Positions 20,099-30,512 of a stretch of 64,000 nt of DNA are shown piece by piece. The notes beneath the pieces are model-generated. The model saw nothing but the letters and a program-made list of their open reading frames with translations. It made no database searches and was not told the DNA's origin. The DNA lies in NCBI GenBank assembly GCA_963668315.1, contig OY764216.1, positions 4,448,001-4,512,000 of the forward strand. The letters run 5' to 3'. The translations under genes were made by a program, and so were the position numbers. The DNA comes from Spirochaetia bacterium (GTDB lineage: Bacteria; Spirochaetota; Spirochaetia; DSM-2461). Numbering within the stretch: the stretch's first letter is position 1; every line of letters starts with the position of its first letter.

Positions 20099-20902
20099 TT
20101 AGATGATTTCGGTCTGAGCGATGCGAACATGTTCCGCGGAAACGAGCTGACTTTTTTCTTTCGCCGCCGCCATCATAGCTCCCCTGGCGATGGTGTTAGC
20201 CCGTCTTAGAAGTCCTCCCGATGTTTGATGGATAGCAAGAATGGCTTCATCTGCGAATAGGGGCTTCTCCATCCCGGCCAGATGAAGATGATGTTCCAGG
20301 TATCCTTTCATATGCTTCAGATTCAGACTGTCCAAATGGGAGCGCCCCACGATACGCGATGCCAGGGGTTTGGCGGAAATAGCCATGAGTTTGTCTATGA
20401 GCCCGTCCTGCCCGCAGAGAATTATGGGCATAATCGGGTTTGAATCAAAATCAAACTGACAGAGAGTATGAAGCTGGTTGAAGACCTTGGACTTAAGAAG
20501 ATGGGCTTCATCTATAACGAGAATGGGGACTTTTTTCTTTGAAGCAATGTCTTTTATGATATCCCGGACATTTTTCATCGCGATAGCCAGCTGAAATGAA
20601 CGGTACTCCTCCCCAAACTCCATAAGAAACTGCCGTAAAAGCTCCATCATACTGCCCGATGTAGCGACCAGCGAGATAATCTTGTACTTCCCCGGGTGGA
20701 ACTTACTACACGCCAATCTCAGAGATGTGGATTTCCCGGATCCTACTTCCCCAGTGATGAGAGAGATAGCTCCCAGCTTTACGGCGTATTCAAATCTGTC
20801 CAAAAGGGGCGGTAGTCCAGGCAGCATATAGAGATCATCCAATTTGATTTTCTGAGAATAGGGCTCCTGTGTTAATCCGTAAAAATGCTTTATATCAATC
20901 AT
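20099..20902 (-). CDS. ExeA-like AAA ATPase (transposition helper)
   Basis: Walker A GEVGSGKS, Walker B LVIDEAH; overlaps the transposase stop. Confidence 0.9.
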   Translation of the reverse strand: MIDIKHFYGLTQEPYSQKIKLDDLYMLPGLPPLLDRFEYAVKLGAISLITGEVGSGKSTSLRLACSKFHPGKYKIISLVATSGSMMELLRQFLMEFGEEYRSFQLAIAMKNVRDIIKDIASKKKVPILVIDEAHLLKSKVFNQLHTLCQFDFDSNPIMPIILCGQDGLIDKLMAISAKPLASRIVGRSHLDSLNLKHMKGYLEHHLHLAGMEKPLFADEAILAIHQTSGGLLRRANTIARGAMMAAAKEKSQLVSAEHVRIAQTEII

Positions 20903-22184
20903 CGTTTTCTTCCTCCGAGAATAGTTGTCCGCCGCTATAGGGATTGGAATTCAGATCAGCTTGAATCTCTGAACGTTTGACCTGGCTATTGATATGCACG
21001 TCCATAGGTTTAAGAAATCCTCTGGATTTATCGGCAATAAAGATTTCTACCCGGCTCATATCCGATTCATCGTAAGAGAGGTAGACCTTCTGCCCTGCCA
21101 GACCGATGGGTGCCTGGTATAGTTTTCCCTCGATACTGACCGATCTGTCATTGGTTACCGTTCTGAGCAGTCTCTTACGAAAATAATCATTCAGATTCTC
21201 CGGAGCCGATCGAAGAAGGGTTAGTGATTTCAAATAACGGTCCAGAGGTTTCTCCCGGATTGAAGAGTGTTTCCTAATATGATAATTCTCATCAATGAAA
21301 GCAGCGAGATGCCCGTTCAATTCCTCCAATGTCAGTTCTTCCGGAAGGGCTTGAAGAACCTCCATCCTGACCGTCCTGTTAAATCTTTCGATTTTCCCTT
21401 TCCCTTGAGGGCGGTAGGGCTTCGCATACGTCAGAACAATCCCCAGAGAAGCGCAACCGTATTGAAGCTTATGGGATTTGAAATAAGCGCCGTTGTCCGT
21501 GTAGAGTTTACGGGGAAGGCCACGCTTAACCAGGGCTTTCTTCATACAGTCGATAAAATTGTCCACATTCTCCCGTAGATAGAACTGGGCATGGGGAATA
21601 AGACGGGAATGATCGTCGATGATGGCGAACATATAGGATTTTCTACGGCGGCCCTCATGAATGACATAAGGACCGTGCATACAGTCCGATTGCCAGAGGT
21701 CATTGGGAAACTCCACTTCGAACTTCAACATATCTTCCTTCTGCTTCCTCTCCTTACCCAGTCCATGTTTTTTCAGAATTCTATAGATGGATTGGGAGGA
21801 GGCGTTGAAGTCGGGAGGAAGTACATTTCTTTGCCGGGCCAGCCTCATCAAGACGGGAACGGATGCCTTCATAAAATCCTTTCTCAGATTAATGAAGGCC
21901 AGTTCTGTTTCCCTGTCCATAATGCGGCATCCGCCCTGGTCCCCCCGGCTTTTGGGATGCAGACTCTCTATTTGCCGACCGCTGGATTCATACTTTCTGA
22001 GCCAACTGAGGATAGTCGCGCGGCTGATATAGGTACGGGTGGAAAAAGGGATATTCCACTCCCTAGCCGTCAATTTATCAAGGACATCCCTTTGCATACC
22101 CCAATCTTCTCTGCTCAGATCCAGTAAAGGATAGATCACAGAAAACCGGAAGGCGGCTACTTTTTCTCGTTCTTCTTTGGTCAT
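20895..22184 (-). CDS. DDE transposase (rve core with Mu-like C-terminus)
   Basis: WQSDCMHG, YTDNGAYF and GKGKIERFNRT triad; N-terminal HTH. Confidence 0.93.
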   Translation of the reverse strand: MTKEEREKVAAFRFSVIYPLLDLSREDWGMQRDVLDKLTAREWNIPFSTRTYISRATILSWLRKYESSGRQIESLHPKSRGDQGGCRIMDRETELAFINLRKDFMKASVPVLMRLARQRNVLPPDFNASSQSIYRILKKHGLGKERKQKEDMLKFEVEFPNDLWQSDCMHGPYVIHEGRRRKSYMFAIIDDHSRLIPHAQFYLRENVDNFIDCMKKALVKRGLPRKLYTDNGAYFKSHKLQYGCASLGIVLTYAKPYRPQGKGKIERFNRTVRMEVLQALPEELTLEELNGHLAAFIDENYHIRKHSSIREKPLDRYLKSLTLLRSAPENLNDYFRKRLLRTVTNDRSVSIEGKLYQAPIGLAGQKVYLSYDESDMSRVEIFIADKSRGFLKPMDVHINSQVKRSEIQADLNSNPYSGGQLFSEEENDD

Positions 22185-22212
22185 AAAACCTCCTAAAACG
22201 TTTTATTTCCAT

Positions 22213-22725
22213 TTAAGGCGGTATTTTATTAGTTGTCACTGCAAAGCTAAGGTAGGTCATGCAGAGAGCTACCGATTTCACATCATGATTTATCGAATGT
22301 GAGGGGAAGCAGAACCGATTCTGAACGCTGTCTGAAAGGAAAAGGGAGAGATCAAAATTCAGTCCCTGAATAGCAGCTTGTTTCATCAGTCCCCGATACC
22401 AGTATTGCTGCCTTTGACGGCTGAAGGATGTGAACCAGGTATGGGATTCTAACTTATGAGAAAGGCTTCGATAAATTTCTGTAGCGGTTGATTGAAACCT
22501 GGGGAAATATGCAACAGGCCTGGCCGTATGTACCGCTCCGCACTCGGGACAGCGGAATCTTTTGAGGTAGAGTCCTTCCGGAAATTCGTCGAAATAACGC
22601 AGTACATAACCATGCCCCCAGATCCTGAAACTTTGGCAGGAAGGACATCTTCTTGGTTTCCTCCAGACATAATTCTTATGTTTCTCTTTAAGGACAGCCA
22701 AATCCGTCCGAAAATAAATTATGAT
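22213..22725 (-). CDS. Zinc-finger transposon protein (DUF6431-like); start probably non-AUG (ATC/ATA/ATT near 22725, or TTG 22701)
   Basis: CPSC..WGHGYVLRY..KRFRCPECG..HT..P; a homologue sits at the same position in copy 2. Confidence 0.75.
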   Translation of the reverse strand: MIIYFRTDLAVLKEKHKNYVWRKPRRCPSCQSFRIWGHGYVLRYFDEFPEGLYLKRFRCPECGAVHTARPVAYFPRFQSTATEIYRSLSHKLESHTWFTSFSRQRQQYWYRGLMKQAAIQGLNFDLSLFLSDSVQNRFCFPSHSINHDVKSVALCMTYLSFAVTTNKIPP

Positions 22726-23941
22726 TTATGGGTTGGGATAGCCGTTCTTGCAGGAACAATAGGCTATCCCTTTTTTATCGATAATTTATTTTGTGAAAAT
22801 GAAGTATAAAAATATTTTATTGTGGAATATTGATAGAATAATCTGATAGATTAATGTTGGATTCTACACGGAGATTCAAAATAACGCGAAGGCACCTTCT
22901 GTTTCTGCTTCCGACGCTGATTACAGCCATAGCGTTCATTCCCTACTACATACTTCCCGTAGGGACAAAGCTTGCATTATTTCCTATAGAACAGCAACCG
23001 AAGGGCTACTTCAGAACGATAGGTGTAATATCCGGATATGTCTTATTCCCGTGGAATGCGCTCTGCTGCGTCTTTTCCATCAAAGACAGCCTCAGTATTC
23101 TCGGGAAAAAAAATAAAACCTTCTGGATCACATTCATCTTTATCATCGCCGTGGTAGCAGCATCAATCTTCTTAAGCTGGGTAGACACCCGTGAAAATAT
23201 GTTCTTCTATAAAACAGCTATTGTCATAATGACTTTTCTGGTCATAGTTCTTGCCGTCATTACAGCGTCCGACCCGAGTTTTTACATCCGCATAAGAATG
23301 CAGACCAGCGTCGCGAAATACACCCGTTCTAAGCTTGCGAGCTTGAATGTGGAAGCCCTGATCTCACACATAGATGATCTCATGGACTTTGAACACCTCT
23401 ACCGTGATTCGGAACTCAGCCTTTCGGCTCTCAGTGAAAGGCTGGAGATAAGCCCGCATCAGCTATCTGAAATTATCAATTCCCATTTTGGAAAAAACTT
23501 CAACAGCTATATAAACGACTTCAGGATCGAAGCCGCCAAGAAGATGCTCATGACGGAAACCGGGTCCAGTATCCTCTCTATCGGTCTCGCCTGCGGATTT
23601 AATTCAAAGTCCAATTTCAACTATGTATTCCAGAAATCCGTCGGGATGACTCCCACGGCATATTGAACAGCACATTAATCCGGAACTTATTATAGTGAGC
23701 CCTCCAGTCAATACACCCCTATGCTGCCATTAAGCTCTGGCTATAATGGTATATCCTATCCGGTGATTTTCCTCCCGGACTCTGATGGGGACGTTAGGAG
23801 TGGGAGAACTTGATATACTTCTTAATCCTTTAACATTTATGCCAATCTTAATCGTTTCGTGCTCCGGGGAAAAGTGAAATCCCGGCTGGGAAATGGACTC
23901 CTCTGGTCTGAATTGAAGATTTCAAAGACCCCGTATTTCAT

Positions 23942-25077
23942 CTACATTTTCGGTGCAATTTTTTTGCAGAAAAACAGCAGAATCGATGAAATAAACATGG
24001 CGATAAGGAAGGGGGTTCTCACACTCTGCCCGGGAATGAAATGGGACAGAGAGTCGATGATAATGGGCGAAGCAAATTGCCCGAAAAACATGACAGCGGT
24101 CATTAAAGCCATGGCTGAACCGGATTTTTCTTTTTTAATGGACATAGCCAGATTCGAATTGATCAAGGGAAAAAGTAAACCCAGAGAAAAACCGATCAGT
24201 GCGACACCTACAATAAGAAAGGGGATGGTATGTCCGGTGAATAGGGCAAAATAACCAATCACATAGGAAGCTACGGCAACCAGAGGGGATAATGATTTAA
24301 AGACTTTAAGTATCCTCACCAGAACCACTCCGGTAAAAAAACGACGGCAGCGGCCTGAAACGCCATGATGGAGCCAATCATAGATGTGGGCAGTAAATTC
24401 TCCTGTGCGCAGACAAGGGAGAAATTAGAGGTAAGAGCATAGAAAACAACCTGGGTAATAAACATGGCTCCATAAAGAGGCCATAATGTTTTTACATCAT
24501 TTCCCTTGAGCTTATTCTCTTTTGCGTTCTCTATTTTTACATTGGGAAGAAAAATCAAAACCATGAGAAATACGGGTAACCCGATAAGGTAAACAAGGAA
24601 GCTGCAGCGCCAATTAATAACCACAAGCACGCTGGAAAAGATCATGGCCAGAACCGCTCCCAGATTATTCATACTGGAGGAGTATCCCATTAATGTTACC
24701 TGTTCCGACTTGTCGAATGAATAAGAGATAAGGCTGGTACACAAAGGCATAAGTAAGCCGGTTCCCAATCCTAAAATAAAGCGAAACAGCAGTAGCTCAT
24801 AAATGTTCTGAGCCAGTCCCGCACAGGCTCCGCCCGCGATATATAAGAGAAGTCCGGTTACCGCGATAATTCGGGAAGAGAATCTGACCGAGAAGACTCC
24901 ATAAAGCAGAAAGGCCATCATAATGGCTAAAGAGGGAAGCGTGATAATCTGCTTGACCAGAAAAGGATCGGCCTCTGTAAAATAAGCGCCGATCGCTCCC
25001 AGGGTAGGAGAAACCGCGGCTCCGGCCATTACGGTTATCAAAGATAAGGACAGTATGGTTGTTTTTAATTTATTCAT
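23942..25077 (-). pseudogene. MFS transporter, frameshifted at a 7-nt homopolymer (24335-24341)
   Basis: Overlapping ORFs of 253 and 128 aa join into one MFS protein if one T is added to the run; motif LLFRFILGLGTG. Confidence 0.8.
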
Positions 25078-25518
25078 TTAATTACCTTCTGAATTGTTTT
25101 TTGCATTTCTTGACATTTGCTGAAGCTGATATAAGAATTGTCTTGAATCCTTGTCGTCCATATCTGCCGTTATCATTTCCGTCCAGGTATTCAGAATCTT
25201 TATGATCTTAGGTTGTGTTTCCCGCCCTTTGGCCGTAAGAAAAACTTTGACAGCCCGACGATCGGTTTCATCCTTTTCCCTATAGATAAATCCTTTCTGT
25301 TCGAGATTCTTCAAAATACGAGTTGTCAATCCGTTATCAATATGAAGGGAATCGGATAGAGATTTTTGATTCACCCCTTCCTGCTCACTTAAATTGACAA
25401 TATAGATATACTCAGAACCATTCAGTCCTAAAGGTTTAAATTCCCTATTGAAATAGATTTGAGCTTGTCTGTGGAGGATAGAAATCCACTTTCCTATACT
25501 TGGATCTTCTCGTTTCAT
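25078..25518 (-). CDS. MarR-family regulator
   Basis: GLNGSEY..NQKSLS..LEQKGFI..DETDRRA..LTAKG; start at ATG 25518 after GAGGGG. Confidence 0.92.
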   Translation of the reverse strand: MKREDPSIGKWISILHRQAQIYFNREFKPLGLNGSEYIYIVNLSEQEGVNQKSLSDSLHIDNGLTTRILKNLEQKGFIYREKDETDRRAVKVFLTAKGRETQPKIIKILNTWTEMITADMDDKDSRQFLYQLQQMSRNAKNNSEGN

Positions 25519-25552
25519 GTTTTTATCCCCTCTCATAACGACACTGGCTTCT

Positions 25553-25613
25553 AATTGACTTATCAACTATTTTGCTGCGCCATCTTAGGTAGTTATAATT
25601 GATATGTCAACTA
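25553..25613 (-). promoter_or_regulatory. Sigma70 promoter with two MarR-type operator palindromes
   Basis: TTGACA-17 bp-TAAGAT (25610-25582); palindromes TTGACTTATCAA (25555-25566) and TTGATATGTCAA (25599-25610). Confidence 0.75.
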
Positions 25614-25813
25614 TATTAGAGACGTAGAAGCCCTTCAAGGGAAATGGAAGGGACAGAATTCATGTCAACAATTTTATACATTGCGGATTCCACCATCAAT
25701 CCATAGAAAAAAGAAAAGAATAAAATGAATGACACCATCAAAATATGGATGTATGCTGAAAGGACTAAGCAGTAATCCTATGAGAGGTCGAATTTTAGAT
25801 TAAGTCCTAAGTT

Positions 25814-27460
25814 ATGAATTATCAAACTAAATTGCGAAAAGAATTTATGAGTTTCTCCATTAAACTGATTCTTGTAGTTGCTTTTCTCTTTGCATCAGTA
25901 ACGGTGACGGTCAATTTAGTGAATAACAATATGAATAAAAATCATAGCCTTGCCCAGGTAAACAGATCTTTTTTAGATTTAAATGATAAAATAGCTTCGC
26001 AAATCGCATCGCATAACTCTGATAATGAGTATTTACAGGCGATACAGGAAAATCGTGTCAACAGAAAACTTGTTTCAAGCACGGACTATTCGTTTTCGCG
26101 AAAGATAAATATCCGGTATGATTATGATATTTACGATTTGAACATAAATCCGATATATCAGGAATCATATCATTTGCCACCGCGATATGAGATTTATCTG
26201 AGCATAATAAAAGATAGAGTGGTGGAGAATGTACCAGTAAAGTATATTTTGTATCCGAATTTCAGCACCCATACGGCAAGTTTAATCTATTATGGCGGAT
26301 TATATAAAGATACGAAGCTCATTGGCATTGATATGTACTCAATAGATATAAGCGACCTTGTTTACGTTTTATTGCCAAATAACGGGGATTATATCATTAC
26401 CGATCGTTTTGACAGCATAATCGCCACAAATAATTATAAAATATTAGATGACAGTCTTAACTTTACATATGCTAAAAACTATAAAATTGATGATACCCTT
26501 TATCATGTAACCAGTTTTAAACAGGAATATTATTCCATTTATTGTCTTGAAAAAAATATCAGTTTAAGAAAATCTTACTTGTTAGCATTCTCGATGCTGT
26601 TTGTCATATTGCTTGTTGTTGTCGTTTTCTCTAATAAAAGTGTGAATAGACTTGCGAAAAAAAATTCACAAAGCATAGAATCAATCATTACCGATGTCAA
26701 TATTGTTTCAAATGGCAATCTGCATCACAGGATTTCTGAAAATATCGAGGGTGATTTTAAAGATCTCGCTAAAAACATCAATAAAATGCTGAGAAAATTA
26801 AATAGAGAAATCAGACTGAATAAAGAGTTAAGCGAGACGAATATCATCTTTGAAAAAAGAAAGCTGGATGCACAATTCAATCCTCATTTTCTATACAATT
26901 CGCTGGAGACAATCCGCTATTCCATGCAGTACGATATAAAAGGGACGGAAAAATACATTCTCGATCTAAATGAGATTTTGCGATATTCCATATCAAATGA
27001 CATCAGCTATTCTTCAGTTAAGGACGATCTAGCCTATATAAGCAAATATCTGGAATTATACAAATATAGATTCACAGACAAATTAACCTATTCAATTCAC
27101 ATTTCCGACGCCATGAAAGACGTTTTAATTCCTAAATTGGCAATTCAGCCCTTAATCGGCAATAGTCTGAAGTCAGGATTCAGCAGCAGCCTTTATGTAA
27201 ATATCGATGTATCAGCAGATAAGGTGGACAATGTCTGTTATATCAGAGTAAGGGATAATGGAGTGGGCTTAACCGAAGACGTGATTAAAGAAATCAATGA
27301 AATTTGTAAGAATAAAAGCAATCGGACTAACCATATTGGCATTCATAATGTTTTACGCCGATTTATGATCCTGTATCACGATGCGAAGCTGAATGTCCGG
27401 CAGGATAGGGATTCGACCCTATTTGAGCTGAGTTTTAGAGAAGTTGATAGAAATGTTTAA
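25814..27460 (+). CDS. Sensor histidine kinase, YesM/LytS type
   Basis: Two TM helices, HAMP, AQFNPHFLYNSLE, IPKLAIQPLI, DNGVG and HIGIHNV. Confidence 0.92.
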   Translation: MNYQTKLRKEFMSFSIKLILVVAFLFASVTVTVNLVNNNMNKNHSLAQVNRSFLDLNDKIASQIASHNSDNEYLQAIQENRVNRKLVSSTDYSFSRKINIRYDYDIYDLNINPIYQESYHLPPRYEIYLSIIKDRVVENVPVKYILYPNFSTHTASLIYYGGLYKDTKLIGIDMYSIDISDLVYVLLPNNGDYIITDRFDSIIATNNYKILDDSLNFTYAKNYKIDDTLYHVTSFKQEYYSIYCLEKNISLRKSYLLAFSMLFVILLVVVVFSNKSVNRLAKKNSQSIESIITDVNIVSNGNLHHRISENIEGDFKDLAKNINKMLRKLNREIRLNKELSETNIIFEKRKLDAQFNPHFLYNSLETIRYSMQYDIKGTEKYILDLNEILRYSISNDISYSSVKDDLAYISKYLELYKYRFTDKLTYSIHISDAMKDVLIPKLAIQPLIGNSLKSGFSSSLYVNIDVSADKVDNVCYIRVRDNGVGLTEDVIKEINEICKNKSNRTNHIGIHNVLRRFMILYHDAKLNVRQDRDSTLFELSFREVDRNV

Positions 27461-28211
27461 TGTTGTCGTTTGCGAGGATGAGGATATTATCAGAAAGGGA
27501 TTGCTCTTCAGTTTCGACTTTCAAAGTCTAAACTTGAATGTGATGGCAGATTTCTATAATCCGGTCGCCTGCCTGGAGTATCTGGCTGATCATCCCGTGG
27601 ATATTCTGATTACCGATATAAAAATGCCGCTTATGAGCGGTTTGGAAATGATCAGCAGAATTGAAGATAAATCCAGTCTTGAATTTATAATATTAAGCGG
27701 TTACAGCGATTTTGAATATGCAAAACAGGCCATATCCCATGGAGTCACGGAATATCTGGTAAAACCCTTAAATCATGACTTGCTGAAAGTATCATTGGAA
27801 AAAGCCATTACTAATCTGAGCGATAAAAAACTATTGAAAAACGTTAAACATCAAATGAGAGACTTAACTGAAGTGTACAAGGATATTCCTTCCGAAGATG
27901 CCTTACTGCAGTCTATCATTTCTTTTATTAAAAAGAATTACATGAGGAAAATCGGCTTAAATGATGTAGCAGAAGCCTTAAACTACAGCGTTTCCTCCAT
28001 AAAAAATAAGCTAAAAGACAATAACCTGACATTCAATACGACTTTAAATCATTATAGAATATATAAATCAATTCAATTAATAAGCCTCAACGAATCACCG
28101 GTTTATCAAATTGCGCAGATGGTCGGGTTCAGTGATTACAAATACTTTTCGGCAAAATTTAAGAATTACACAGGATACTCCGTCACTGAATTAGTTCAAA
28201 AAACACGATAA
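27453..28211 (+). CDS. Response regulator, YesN type (REC + AraC HTH)
   Basis: CEDE, ITDIKMP, LSGYSDFEYA, YLVKP and GFSDYKYF motifs. Confidence 0.93.
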   Translation: MFNVVVCEDEDIIRKGLLFSFDFQSLNLNVMADFYNPVACLEYLADHPVDILITDIKMPLMSGLEMISRIEDKSSLEFIILSGYSDFEYAKQAISHGVTEYLVKPLNHDLLKVSLEKAITNLSDKKLLKNVKHQMRDLTEVYKDIPSEDALLQSIISFIKKNYMRKIGLNDVAEALNYSVSSIKNKLKDNNLTFNTTLNHYRIYKSIQLISLNESPVYQIAQMVGFSDYKYFSAKFKNYTGYSVTELVQKTR

Positions 28212-28315
28212 TCTGCCACAATTAGCTTTTTTTCACCTAATGTTTATCTTTTCTTGGTATATCGCGCTGCAAATTACAATAGTAGAATTAATTATATTCA
28301 TACAGGGAGTCGAAA

Positions 28316-29359
28316 ATGAAAAAAATTCTAATGATGACAATCGCAGCATTTCTGTTTATTAGCTTTAATGCTTTCTCTACAGGATCTCAGGATGATGGCG
28401 ACAACGGAGGGGCACTGGAAGAGCAAAAATTGATTGTGTATTCGCCTAACTCTGAAGGTCTTCTGAACGCCGTTGAAAAGCCCTTCGAAGAAAAATACGG
28501 CATCAAAGTGGAAATCATTTCTGCCGGTACAGGAGAATGTCTGAAACGCATCGAATCCGAACAGAACGATCCCCAGGGCGATGTCATGTATGGCGGAAGT
28601 TATGCCACAATCGTGGGCCGGAGAGATCTTTGGGCAGATTATGTCAGTAAAAATGATTCCAAACTGGAACCGGCATTTCAGAATGACAGCGGTTATGTTA
28701 CCAAAAACACACTGGACGGCAGCGTTATCGTTGTGAACAAGACGAAACTGGCGGAAAAACTGCCTGGCGTGACCATTACCGGATACGAAGATATCATCAG
28801 ATACGGCTCTCAGCTGGAGGGTCAGATTGTTTCCGGAGACCCGGCCAAATCTTCAAGTTCATTTGCCCATTTGACAAATATGCTGATCGATTTCGGCGGA
28901 TATGAAAGCGACGCAGCTTGGGATAAAGTGGCAGATATTTTCAAAAATCTGAAAGTATTGGGTTCCAGTTCAGCCGTGTGGAAAGGTGTGAGAGACGGTG
29001 AATATACGATCGGTCTATCCTATGAAGATCCTTGCCTTACGCTGATCAATGACGGCGCGGATGTAGAAGTTGTCTATATGAAGGAAGGCGTGGTCTTCCT
29101 CCCGGCCGGTTGTGCCATAATCAAAGATTGCAAGCATCCGGAAGCGGCCAAACTTTTTATGGATTTTATTACGTCTAAGGAAGTTCAGGACGTATATGGA
29201 ATGACACTGACAAACAGACCGGTCTACAAAGGAGTTCAGACCGCAGATTACATGAAACCCCTCGATCAGATTAATGTGAAAATTGAAGACTCTGAATATG
29301 TAACCGCCCATAAGCAGGATCTTGTTGACAAGTACATAGACATGATCACCAGCTTCTAA
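28316..29359 (+). CDS. ABC substrate-binding protein, AfuA/FbpA class
   Basis: Signal peptide; LIVYSPN, AGTGE, DPAKSSS and AAKLFMDF motifs. Confidence 0.88.
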   Translation: MKKILMMTIAAFLFISFNAFSTGSQDDGDNGGALEEQKLIVYSPNSEGLLNAVEKPFEEKYGIKVEIISAGTGECLKRIESEQNDPQGDVMYGGSYATIVGRRDLWADYVSKNDSKLEPAFQNDSGYVTKNTLDGSVIVVNKTKLAEKLPGVTITGYEDIIRYGSQLEGQIVSGDPAKSSSSFAHLTNMLIDFGGYESDAAWDKVADIFKNLKVLGSSSAVWKGVRDGEYTIGLSYEDPCLTLINDGADVEVVYMKEGVVFLPAGCAIIKDCKHPEAAKLFMDFITSKEVQDVYGMTLTNRPVYKGVQTADYMKPLDQINVKIEDSEYVTAHKQDLVDKYIDMITSF

Positions 29360-29438
29360 GACTAATCGCAAATCAACTTTTCTGTGCCTGAAGAAAGCGA
29401 TCCCTTTCATCAGGTGCAGAATAAGGGAAAAAATCAGT

Positions 29439-30512
29439 ATGAGTGTAGTAATAAACATAAAAAACGCCTTAAAAGCATACGGGAAAAATGTCATTATTCC
29501 CGACTTGTCAATAGATATCAAAGAGGGAGAATTTTTCACCCTGCTGGGTCCGTCGGGATGTGGAAAAACAACATTGTTGAGGATGATTGCAGGTTTCAAC
29601 AGCATAGAAGGGGGAAATTTTTATTTTGACGACAGGATCATCAATGATTTAGACCCGAGCAAAAGAAATATCGGTATGGTATTTCAGAATTATGCCATAT
29701 TCCCCCATTTGACAGTGCGGGAAAATGTTGAGTTTGGACTTAAAAATCGCGGTTATGCCAAAAAAGAGATTGGACCGCTTGCCGATAAATTCCTCAAATT
29801 AATACAGATTTATGAATTCAGAGACAGAATGCCGGAAATGCTGTCCGGCGGCCAGCAGCAGCGTGTTGCTCTGGCAAGAGCGCTGGTGATTATGCCGGAT
29901 GTTCTGCTGATGGATGAACCATTATCCAACCTGGATGCCAAGCTTCGCCTCGAGATGCGCCAGGCGATCAGGAATATACAGAAAGAAGTGGGTATTACGA
30001 CAGTATATGTGACCCATGATCAGGAAGAAGCCATGGCCATAAGCGATAGAATCGCCGTCATGAAATCGGGAGTGATTCAACAGATAGGCAGTCCCCAGGA
30101 TATTTACCACCGCCCTTCCAACGAATTTGTCTCCAGTTTTATCGGTCGGACCAATATCGTTCCCGCCGAATGCGAAAAAAACGAAGTGAATCTGTTAGGT
30201 CACAAAATCTTCGTAAAAAACCTGGATTACAAGGGACAGGTGAAAGTCTCGATACGGCCGGAAGAATTCATAATCACCGAAGATGAAAACGCCATTAAAG
30301 CCGTAATAAAAGACACCATTTTCTTGGGTTTGAATACGCACTATTTTATGGAATTGCCGAATAAGCAGATAGTGGAAATTATCAAAGAAAGCATGATCGG
30401 CAATACGATGGAAACGGAAAAAACCGTATACCTTACCATCAATGTGGATAAGGTAAATGTATTTACAGAAGACGGTTCAAAGAATTTGGTGATCACCAAT
30501 GAAAAACAGTAA
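29439..30512 (+). CDS. ABC ATP-binding protein (AfuC/FbpC/PotA-like)
   Basis: GPSGCGKT, LSGGQQQRVAL, LLMDEP and VTHDQEEA; C-terminal TOBE-like region. Confidence 0.95.
   Translation: MSVVINIKNALKAYGKNVIIPDLSIDIKEGEFFTLLGPSGCGKTTLLRMIAGFNSIEGGNFYFDDRIINDLDPSKRNIGMVFQNYAIFPHLTVRENVEFGLKNRGYAKKEIGPLADKFLKLIQIYEFRDRMPEMLSGGQQQRVALARALVIMPDVLLMDEPLSNLDAKLRLEMRQAIRNIQKEVGITTVYVTHDQEEAMAISDRIAVMKSGVIQQIGSPQDIYHRPSNEFVSSFIGRTNIVPAECEKNEVNLLGHKIFVKNLDYKGQVKVSIRPEEFIITEDENAIKAVIKDTIFLGLNTHYFMELPNKQIVEIIKESMIGNTMETEKTVYLTINVDKVNVFTEDGSKNLVITNEKQ

Larger units (their letters stand above)
19687..22868 (-). mobile_element. Transposon copy 1 (3182 bp): zinc-finger protein + DDE/Mu-like transposase + ExeA-like ATPase + small ORF
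   Basis: Ends TGTTGAATCACACATT and (reverse complement) TGTAGAATCCAACATT; 5-bp TSD CGGAG at 19682-19686 and 22869-22873. Confidence 0.92.
19394..23666 (+). pseudogene. Membrane-anchored AraC-family regulator interrupted by a transposon (pieces 19394-19686 and 22874-23666)
   Basis: Removing 19687-22873 restores the frame ..KSLFDR-RFKITRRH..; N-terminal TM helices and C-terminal AraC HTH (NFNSYINDFRIEAAK..GFNSKSNF). Confidence 0.9.

Noticed and set aside
20099..20902. ExeA as a type II secretion component (also 54010-54819)
   Set aside because: Both copies lie inside IR-bounded elements and overlap a transposase gene; no secretion genes are nearby.
19687..22868. CRISPR-associated or canonical Tn7 transposon
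   Set aside because: No cas genes, array, TnsA or recognisable TniQ/TnsD; the element is only about 3 kb.
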